NCBI GenBank assembly: GCA_964202905.1
Contig: CAXNJO010000006.1
Span: 1-64,000 of the forward strand
Direction of reading: 5' to 3'
Source: Polyangiales bacterium
Lineage (GTDB): Bacteria > Myxococcota_A > Polyangia > Polyangiales > JADJQN01
DNA length: 64,000 bases
Positions 1 to 7,355 of the stretch are shown here, one piece after another. A program made the position numbers and the translations under genes. Under the pieces are notes generated by a model. That model did not search any database, was not told where the DNA came from, and worked only from the letters and a program-made list of their open reading frames with translations. Every line of letters begins with the position of its first letter. The stretch's first letter is position 1.

Positions 1-486
1 GTGGACGAGCTCGTAGCGCCCGTCGCCGTGCGGCTTCGTGTGCGCGTACAGACGCCGCGCGGCGAGGTCGAGGTGCCAGTACACCGCGACGCCACCCTTC
101 GCGTAGATGGCCGCCTTCGCGCGGTCGACGGGCTGCGAGGTCCACGACGCCTCGACGACGAGCCGCGCCTCGCCCGCGCGCGGGTGCCGCACCATCCAGT
201 CGCGCGGCCCGCCCGACAACACCAAGAGATCGGGCTCGGGCAGGCTCTCGCCGTCGACGACGAGCAGCTTCGCCTCGCGAATCACGTGCCCCGGCCCGTA
301 GGCCTCGCGCAACAACTCCACCATCACCGTCGTGCACCCCGCGTGCTCCGGGCCTTGCGGTGGCGACATGACGACTTCCCCTTCCAGCAACTCGATGTGC
401 TCATCCGACCGGAAGATCCCGGCCGCTACCATCGCCTCGAACTCGGCGGTGGAGAAATGCCTGCGACTGAGCGCTTCCGCGTGCAT
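1..486 (-). CDS. Uma2/DUF820 family endonuclease (3' end runs off window)
   Basis: Not in ORF track. Manual translation from ATG 486: MHAEALSRRHFSTAEFEAMVAAGIFRSDEHIELLEGEVVMSPPQGPEH...PEPDLLVL...LVVEASWTS...KAAIYAKGGVAVYWHLD, the typical Uma2 motifs. Confidence 0.9.
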   Translation of the reverse strand, partial: MHAEALSRRHFSTAEFEAMVAAGIFRSDEHIELLEGEVVMSPPQGPEHAGCTTVMVELLREAYGPGHVIREAKLLVVDGESLPEPDLLVLSGGPRDWMVRHPRAGEARLVVEASWTSQPVDRAKAAIYAKGGVAVYWHLDLAARRLYAHTKPHGDGRYELVH

Positions 487-699
487 GGGGTGACTATAAC
501 CGAGCGCCGGTCGAAGGGCCGCGACCGTCGTTGCGGAACCTTCGACCTATCGCGCGCGCGCGACCCGGCTGGGTGCAAGCGCCCTCGTCGCGCGCGTCAT
601 GCCGAGAGTCTGGGAGGCATGGGCGGAGGTGTTGCGGTGTTGGAGTCGCGTGCTTGGGCCGTGCTGGTATCGCGGAGTTGTCGAGCGTAAGTGGCTCGT

Positions 700-993
700 C
701 ACTGCGCCAGGCTGTCCGACTGCCATACACCCGCGAAGACTGAGCAGGAACGGTGTCGACGCGAGCTTCAACAGGAAATTCCGCGACGAATGCCTCAACA
801 TGGAATGGTTTCGCTCACGCGCCGAGGCGGTCGTCGTCATCGAGACGTGGCGTCGGAACTACAACGAGGTCCGGCCCCATTCGAGCCTCGGCTACCTCAC
901 GCCCCACGAGTTCACGAATTCGATGGAGAAGCCCCACCACCGCGGGGAACGCGCCCTCCAGTAACTCGTGGTCCGAAGAAATGGGGCAGGTCA
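700..993 (+). mobile_element. IS3-family transposase remnant (integrase C-terminal part plus right end)
   Basis: NGVDASFNRKFRDECLNMEWFRSRAEA...WRRNYNEVRPHSSLGYLTP, stop 964, then IS3-like terminus TGGTCCGAAGAAATGGGGCAGGTCA ending 993. Upstream part decayed; left boundary approximate. Confidence 0.85.
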
Positions 994-1137
994 CACACGA
1001 CCCGACAGCGGGGTGCGCTCTCGGGACTGCATCGGGAGCAGTTCAACGCACGAATGCCGCGCGTATCAACGACTTCTGCGAAGTGTTCGCTGCACCGCGA
1101 TGGACGGCCGGTGCAGCGAACGCTCCACAACCGAATC

Positions 1138-2817
1138 TCAGCGCTTCCAGTTCCCGTCGAACGCGCCGCACTCGGAGACCAACAGCTCCTCTCCCACGCG
1201 CTCGAAACGGCATGACCAGGTCTGGAAGGGATCCACGCCTATGTCCGCTGTCGCCGGCGCACGATTCCAAACGAAGATCTCGTCATTCAGGACGCCCTGC
1301 GTCAGGGGACGGGTGCCGAGCGCCGAGTTGTTGTCTCGCTCCTCGCATTGGGACTTCGCGTACGACATCGAATCCTGACCGCGTGTCGCGGTAGCCGTTG
1401 CGTTGATGGAACTGCTGGACACGAGGATACGGTAATCACAGCGACAGCCGTACGACCATCGGGTCGCAGCATTGTCGAGCTTCCACGTGCCGCGCAGCCA
1501 CTCCGGGGTCTGGGTTACCGACTCTCCTGCGGTGGGCGTAGGTGCAACTGACGGGGTGACCCGTCGCGCGATGACGGTTGCCTGACCCACGGAGCAACTT
1601 GTGCCGTCGGTGGGGCAGTTGGCCGACCCCATGGCGTCGTTCGATGTCGCATCGACGTCGATGATCTCGACCGTGATGGTTGGCGTCTCCGCGTCGAAGG
1701 GAATCGAGAGCGAGCATGTCGTCGCGTCGCTACAGGATACCCTCGTCCCAGCGCTGACCGAACTCCTGCCGCCAGGTTCGCAACGCCGCGTCTCGCCCGC
1801 ACTCACGCAGGCAGCGATGTCCGGAAGGTTACCGAAAGCATCCCAGTCCGCTCCGTTCTCCTTCTTATCTTGGACGCTGATTTGGAGCTCGATCCGACTC
1901 GCGGGGGTGTTCGCCGCCGGAGTAGGCGAATTGGCCGCCGCTGTAGGCCCTGCCGGCTTCGGCGCAATCTCCGTCGTGCCACGGCGGTATCGGCCATCCA
2001 CGCGGCTGCATTCCGAGACCACAACGGCGTCGCCCGCGAGCTCGAAGACACAGGTGTTATACCCTGCCTTGACCTGATAGCGCGATCCATTAACGACGCC
2101 TTCCAGGAGACGCTCCGTAGAGGTCTCGCCGTCGTTGTTCGTCAGCATGACGGACCCGGCGGTGAACGTCAGATTGACGTTGTTTGCGAAGGTCGTGTCC
2201 GTCGTCGGCAGAGCGCCCTTGGTCCAGTCTCCCCGAATCCAACTCGGCGATTCAGCCGTGCTCTCGCCCTCGATGCTCACTGGCTTCGAGCCCGTGTGGC
2301 CAGAAAGGATAGGCAAGCAGCAGCAGCAGATGAGGCATGGAAGCAGGCCCGCAAGCCCGGCAGCAAGCCGGATCCCTAGTCCGAGTTTCTTCGTATGGGC
2401 GATCGAAGCGTCCGCCTTCGCCACAGCCTCTCGCAGGCGCGCAAGCTTCTTTTGGGCCAGTTCGTCGGTCTTCAACACATCCTTCGCATCGGCGATGTTC
2501 CGCTCGATCTTGGACTTGAGTGATTCGAACGGCTGCGTCCCGACGGTCTTCGGGGCCTTCAGTTTCAGCATCTTGGGTAGGAACCCAACCGTCGAAACCG
2601 TCAGGACCCAGTAAAACGATTCGTAGGCGATGCTCCCAAGTCCGGGGGTCGGCATGGATTCGAGGGCGATGATGTTCTGATCGATCGTCTCGAGGATCGA
2701 TTGGGGCGAACCGCCGCTGCTGACGGTCGCGACTCGCTCCGTGAGCGGCGCCCCGCAGTATTCGCAGTTCAGGGCGAGTTGCGACTCGATCGGTCCTTTA
2801 CAATTGGGGCATTGCAC
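1138..2817 (-). CDS. Zinc-ribbon membrane protein with duplicated C-terminal domain and central C2-like domain
   Basis: N-terminal CPNC...CEYC, two hydrophobic segments, repeated WxRGxW...C-x-FE...VSEC...DGxW/Y domain, and KKENGADWDAFGNLPD...DVDATSNDAMG motif; AAGGA RBS upstream of GTG. Confidence 0.75.
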   Translation of the reverse strand: MQCPNCKGPIESQLALNCEYCGAPLTERVATVSSGGSPQSILETIDQNIIALESMPTPGLGSIAYESFYWVLTVSTVGFLPKMLKLKAPKTVGTQPFESLKSKIERNIADAKDVLKTDELAQKKLARLREAVAKADASIAHTKKLGLGIRLAAGLAGLLPCLICCCCLPILSGHTGSKPVSIEGESTAESPSWIRGDWTKGALPTTDTTFANNVNLTFTAGSVMLTNNDGETSTERLLEGVVNGSRYQVKAGYNTCVFELAGDAVVVSECSRVDGRYRRGTTEIAPKPAGPTAAANSPTPAANTPASRIELQISVQDKKENGADWDAFGNLPDIAACVSAGETRRCEPGGRSSVSAGTRVSCSDATTCSLSIPFDAETPTITVEIIDVDATSNDAMGSANCPTDGTSCSVGQATVIARRVTPSVAPTPTAGESVTQTPEWLRGTWKLDNAATRWSYGCRCDYRILVSSSSINATATATRGQDSMSYAKSQCEERDNNSALGTRPLTQGVLNDEIFVWNRAPATADIGVDPFQTWSCRFERVGEELLVSECGAFDGNWKR

Positions 2818-2855
2818 GTGGTTCTCGTTTCCTTCTGTGAACTACATAAAGATCG

Positions 2856-4291
2856 GGCTCTCCACTGGGTTTCGTGGGCTCCGAAAGCGGGTTCTGGGTC
2901 GAGAAGATGCGGCGAGAGAAGGGCAATTCGCGTGATATGGCCATCAGCATGACGGCGTACTTGGTGCGCACGGACCGCGGTACGGTTTGGTTCTCTACGC
3001 CAACCACATCGAGGCCCGATGCGCGCCACCACGCTACTCCGTTCGCTATCACGACTCCACCCCCAACACACGGTCGTGATCGCGTTCGAGCTGAGCGCCG
3101 ACCGGCAGACGCTCGTGCTTGACGTGAAGCCGACGACACGGACGTCGTGCTGCGGCTCCTGTGGGCGGCGTTGCAGGCGAGGTTATGACCATCGAGTGCG
3201 ACAATGGCGGCACACGGATCTCGGCGAGACGCGGGTGTACCTCCGCTACCGACTGGCCCGTGTCGATTGCCAACAGTGCGGCCCCACGACCGAGCGCGTG
3301 CCGTGGGCGGAGCACGCGGCCTGGCACACGTCGGACTTCGAGGAGCTCGTGGCCTACAAGGCGCAAGGTGCGGATCGGACGCGCGTCGCACGGGACATGC
3401 GCATCTCGTGGGACACCGTCGGCAACATCATCTCGCGCGTGGTCGCTCGTCTGCTCCGCGCCGGCGGCGACTTGCTCGACGGGCTGCGCGCGATCGGGCT
3501 CGACGACCTCTCGTACCGCAAGGGCCACAAGTACATTAGCGTCGTCGTGGACCACGACCGCGGCCGACTCGTCTGGGCGAGCGAAGGACGCAGCGGTGCA
3601 ACGGTCGACCAGTTTTTCGGGGACTTGGGCTCTGTTCGCGCCGCGAAGCTCGAGTTTGTCTCGATCGACATGTCGGCCGCGTACGAGGCGGCGATCAAGA
3701 AGAACGCGCCGAACGCGGTGATCGTATTCGACCGCTTCCATGTGCAGCGGCTGGCTCACGACGCGCTGGACGAAGTTCGACGCGAGATCGTCCACGAGCT
3801 GAAGAACACTCCGGAGGGCAAGGCCGTGAAGAACACGCGCTACTCGCTCCACCGCAACGAGGTGAACCACACGCCGAAGGACACCGAACGGATATCGACG
3901 GTGATGGTGACCAATGCGCCGCTCTACCGCGCCTACATGCTCAAGACGATGCTCGCGTGGATCTTGAGCACGGCCACGGTAGACGATGCCGAACGCAGGC
4001 TCGAGAACTGGATCGACTGGGCCACGCGCTCGCAGCTCAAGCCCTTCGTGAGAGTCGGCAAGACGATCCGCAAACACCTCGAAGGCATAATCGCGTACAT
4101 CCGCACTGGCATCTCGAACGGGCGCAGCGAGGGCTTCAACGGGAAGGCCAGAGTCATCACGAAACGAGCCTTCGGCTTCCACTCCGCGACCGCTCTCATC
4201 GCGACGCTCTACCTTTGTTGCTCGGGCCTTGTGCTCACACCACGTCACGCATGAGCACCTGTTGTGAACCCATCAAACCGGGTGGAGTGCC
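2856..4291 (+). mobile_element. ISL3-family insertion sequence
   Basis: Imperfect 23-bp terminal IRs GGCTCTCCACTGGGTTTCGTGGG (from 2856) and revcomp GGCACTCCACCCGGTTTGATGGG (ending 4291) flank the transposase. Confidence 0.9.
3019..4254 (+). CDS. ISL3 family transposase
   Basis: Zinc finger (CGSC, CQQC), IGLDD, SIDMS, VFDRFHV, SNGRSEGFNGK...AFGF motifs; intact 411 aa. Confidence 0.95.
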   Translation: MRATTLLRSLSRLHPQHTVVIAFELSADRQTLVLDVKPTTRTSCCGSCGRRCRRGYDHRVRQWRHTDLGETRVYLRYRLARVDCQQCGPTTERVPWAEHAAWHTSDFEELVAYKAQGADRTRVARDMRISWDTVGNIISRVVARLLRAGGDLLDGLRAIGLDDLSYRKGHKYISVVVDHDRGRLVWASEGRSGATVDQFFGDLGSVRAAKLEFVSIDMSAAYEAAIKKNAPNAVIVFDRFHVQRLAHDALDEVRREIVHELKNTPEGKAVKNTRYSLHRNEVNHTPKDTERISTVMVTNAPLYRAYMLKTMLAWILSTATVDDAERRLENWIDWATRSQLKPFVRVGKTIRKHLEGIIAYIRTGISNGRSEGFNGKARVITKRAFGFHSATALIATLYLCCSGLVLTPRHA

Positions 4292-4474
4292 GATGTTGTT
4301 CGTGCTGAGCGTGTGGCGCCCCGCGCCGAAGACGTCGCAGCGGACCCCGTCCTTGAAGAGGATGGCCCACTGGGACTCGTCCACGATGAGCTGGGTCATC
4401 GTGGACAGTTCGGAGCTGGGGAACTTCCAAACGAGGTCCGGACTCTCGGACTTGACGACGTCGATGAGCGCCAC
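4292..4474 (-). pseudogene. SPFH/Band_7 (YdjI-like) protein, N-terminal fragment truncated by ISL3
   Basis: MALIDVVK...LVWKFP...QLIVDESQWAILFKDGVRCDVFGAGRHTLSTNNI; similarity ends exactly at the IS end. Confidence 0.85.
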
Positions 4475-4704
4475 GATGCAGTCTCCGTTTCTGGACCGCA
4501 GGCGGCAAAAAGGGGTCGCTGTCGAGGCCCAGTGCGCGTCGGCGGTTCGTCTTGACGAACCGAACTGACCATCTTTGACGGCTGCGTGTCAAGGGCATCC
4601 AACCCCTTACCGTGGGCACGTTCGGCGTCGTCGGCGTCGCGGTCCGGCGCATTGGTTCGTCCCGTCGAACGTCTCGCGGGCGCGTGGGCGGTACGCAGGC
4701 GCGC

Positions 4705-5508
4705 ATGCCTCGACGCTCGGAGCCCGACCCGCGGGCGGCCGCGATTGGCCGGCGCATTCGGGCGTTTCGGGAGGCGCGGGGGCTGCGGCTCGAGCAGGTG
4801 GCGTTCGAGAGTGGGCTGACGTCGAAGGGGCACCTCTCGGACCTCGAGCATGGGCGCGTGAATCCCACGGTCGCGACGCTGCGGGCGGTGGCGGAGCAGC
4901 TCGGGGTCTGGGTCGTCGATCTCGTGAACGTGGAGGTCGAGGCGCCGCGGGCGCGGCTCATCGAGCGCTCGCGCGGGGTGCCCGAGGGCGTCCTCGCGCG
5001 CTGGCTCGCGGAGGCTGAGTCCGTGTCGCCGCCGAGCGTGGAGACTGCGGGTGGGGCGCCCGTGATCGTGCAGGGCGCGCGGCCGCCGCGGGGCGCGGTG
5101 CCGGTCGTGGATCTCGAGGCGGCTGGTGGACTCTTCGGCCCGGGGCGCACCGTCGCGCCGATCGGCTGGGTGAAGGTCGACGCGCGTTCACGCGCGCTGC
5201 CGGGCGCGTTCGTCGCGCAGGTGCGCGGCGACTCGATGGCGCCGCGCGTGCCGAACGGCGCGTTCGTGCTCTTTCGGCGTCCCGGGCCGGGCAACCGGCG
5301 CGGGCGCGTGTTTCTCGTCGAGGTGTGTGGGCCGGACGCGCGCGAGCGCGCCAATCCGGCGCTTCAGTTCGTCGAGCGCGTCACGGTGCGGGGGCAGGCG
5401 CGGGTGGTGTTACGGGCGCTGAATCCCGCGCATCCGCCGCGCGTGCTCGACCCGGCGCGCACGGAGCTGCGGATGTTGGCCGAGTGCGTGCGCGTGCTCG
5501 GGGGCTGA
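4705..5508 (+). CDS. XRE HTH plus S24 peptidase-like (CI/LexA-type) transcriptional regulator
   Basis: IGRRIRAFREARGLRLEQVA...LSDLEHGRVNPTVATL HTH; AAGG cleavage-like site; VRGDSMAP and LRALNPAHP S24 motifs; start set at ATG 4705. Confidence 0.85.
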   Translation: MPRRSEPDPRAAAIGRRIRAFREARGLRLEQVAFESGLTSKGHLSDLEHGRVNPTVATLRAVAEQLGVWVVDLVNVEVEAPRARLIERSRGVPEGVLARWLAEAESVSPPSVETAGGAPVIVQGARPPRGAVPVVDLEAAGGLFGPGRTVAPIGWVKVDARSRALPGAFVAQVRGDSMAPRVPNGAFVLFRRPGPGNRRGRVFLVEVCGPDARERANPALQFVERVTVRGQARVVLRALNPAHPPRVLDPARTELRMLAECVRVLGG

Positions 5509-5533
5509 GCGCGGTGTCAGGGACAGCGGCTGA

Positions 5534-5854
5534 TCAGGCCGCGTGCACCTTGACCTTGAGCGGCAGTCCCGCCTCTTCGACCATGGCCTGCAACGTCAGG
5601 CGAACAAACTGGTCACTCGGATACCCGAGTACTTCCGCGAAATGCGCGGCACGGGCGAGGCTGACGGTCTTGCGGCCATGTTCGATGTCACAGAGGTGCG
5701 ACCGCGAAATGCCGAGCGCGCGCGCGAACGCCGCCTGACTCTGCGCTTCGCCGAGGCGGATGCTCTCGAGGAGCCGCCCCAGCGTGAGTGGACCGCCGGC
5801 GCGCGCTTCGAGAAAGCGAAGTGCGCGGCTCTTCTTGCTGCTTTCAGTAGTCAT
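5534..5854 (-). CDS. higA: HigA-like XRE-HTH antitoxin
   Basis: LGRLLESIRLGEAQSQAAFARALGISRSHLCDIEHGRK; start overlaps the upstream toxin stop. Confidence 0.8.
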   Translation of the reverse strand: MTTESSKKSRALRFLEARAGGPLTLGRLLESIRLGEAQSQAAFARALGISRSHLCDIEHGRKTVSLARAAHFAEVLGYPSDQFVRLTLQAMVEEAGLPLKVKVHAA

Positions 5855-6122
5855 GCTTGTGAACCTCCTCGACTCGGACGAACACGACCTCACCCTCGTG
5901 GATGACGTAGATCGCGCGGTAGGCTCGGCTGAGTCGAATCGAGCGTTGGCCGGCCCGCGGCCCCTTCAGCGGTTCATCGTGGAAGCCGGGGACGCGTCTC
6001 ACGGCCTCGAGCCCCGTCGCCTCGACGGCTTCGACCCACGCAGCAAGCTTCGTCGCGATGAACGGCGGTACCGTCCGAAGCTGCTTTCGGGCTCGCGGCG
6101 AAAGCACGACGACTCGAATCAT
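5844..6122 (-). CDS. higB: RelE/HigB-family mRNA interferase toxin
   Basis: FHDEPLKGPRAGQRSIRLSRAYRAIY motif; toxin precedes antitoxin. Confidence 0.85.
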   Translation of the reverse strand: MIRVVVLSPRARKQLRTVPPFIATKLAAWVEAVEATGLEAVRRVPGFHDEPLKGPRAGQRSIRLSRAYRAIYVIHEGEVVFVRVEEVHKHDY

Positions 6123-6132
6123 GCCGCTGGTC

Positions 6133-6160
6133 ACTGTACACCTCGGAGGTGTACATGCAA
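6133..6160 (-). promoter_or_regulatory. higBA promoter with palindromic operator
   Basis: TTGCAT-N16-TACAGT on the minus strand, overlapped by perfect inverted repeat TGTACACCTC-G-GAGGTGTACA (6135-6155). Confidence 0.75.
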
Positions 6161-6288
6161 GCGCCTCATCGGCGTCGGTGAGAGGCCGTGTGGCGAGAGT
6201 CGAAGTTGGAGTCGTCCAAAACGAAGCGCGGCGCAGCGGGGAGTCGCTGCGCCGCGCCGGGTGCGGAGTCGGAGGTGGGTGTGGCGTG

Positions 6289-7135
6289 TCAGAGGTAGAG
6301 CGTCGCGCCGGCCGTCCAGTAGACGCCGCCGGAGGTGTTCGTCGTCGCGCCGGTGTCGGGGTCGATGAACTCGGGGGCGCCGTCGTCGTCGGTGCGGGTG
6401 CGGACGAAGCCGCGGAGGTCGGTGTTGAGCGCGAAGTGGCGGCTGAGGCGCCACTCGAGGCCGACGCCGAGCTGGCCGCCGACGTAGGTGAAATTGCGGG
6501 AGGCGAAGGGATCGCTGCCGAGGGAGCCGAAGCCGGCGCTGCCCACCTCTGCGTAGGAGACGCCGAGGCCGCCGAGGAGATAGAGCTGGAGTTGGCTCTG
6601 CGGATTCACGAAGACGAGGGCGTTGACCGTGAGGGGGAGTTCGACGCGGCTGCGGTCCTGGCCGTCGAAGCCGCCGTAGCTGCCGAGGCCGAAGTCGACC
6701 GCGAACCAGGGCGTCGGCCGGAGGCGGAGGGCGAGCGTGCCGCCCGCCATCGCGGTGTCGCGCAGGCCCATCGCGCCGACGTCGGCGTGCAGGGCCCAGG
6801 TGGGCTCGGGGAGCGCGACGGCGCGGCGTGCAGGATCGCGACGGCCTGTGCGACGGGCCTGCACGCTGCGGCTGCACGTACACGACCTGCGGCTGCGGCT
6901 GGTAGACGACGACCGGCGGCTGCGGCGCGGGCTGCACGTAGACGACCTGGGGCGGGGGCGGCGCCATCGGGCCGATGTACACCCCGCCGCTCACGCTCAC
7001 GCCCACGCTGACCTGGAGGTTCGCGCAGCCCCAGGCGCGGCGGCACTGGGCCTCGGCGGGGGACGCGAAGGCGGCGAGGCCCGCGAGCAGCGACGCGGTG
7101 ACGAAGGTGGTGATGGAGGCGATGCGCTTGGACAT
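6289..7135 (-). CDS. Outer-membrane beta-barrel protein with Pro/Gln-rich N-terminal linker (frameshifted near 6830-6870)
   Basis: Signal peptide MSKRIASITTF...SPAEAQ and PPPQVVYVQP repeats in one frame; amphipathic strands ending YWTAGATLYL in another. Confidence 0.7.
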
Positions 7136-7179
7136 GACGTGGGACCTCTGGGGTTCGACCGACCGACCGTAGCCCGTTG

Positions 7180-7196
7180 AGCAAGCGCGATGCCAG
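7180..7196 (-). promoter_or_regulatory. sigma-54 -24/-12 promoter
   Basis: CTGGCATCGCGCTTGCT on the minus strand (GG-N10-GC), about 45 nt upstream of the beta-barrel gene start. Confidence 0.7.
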
Positions 7197-7355
7197 CGCG
7201 CGCTGCGGGACGAGCGTGGTGCGTCGGGCCGATTTGTGGGGTTTTCAGCGCGGGCGTGGCGTGACCGAGGTATGCGGGCCGCGGGACGTGAAGCGCCGTT
7301 CACGGCGGCGTGCAGCGGGGGGCGCCGTGTGGTTCACACCGCGACGCCGGGCGCG

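Noticed and set aside
1..690. 229-aa plus-strand ORF
   Set aside because: Antisense to the Uma2 gene, which has clear family motifs
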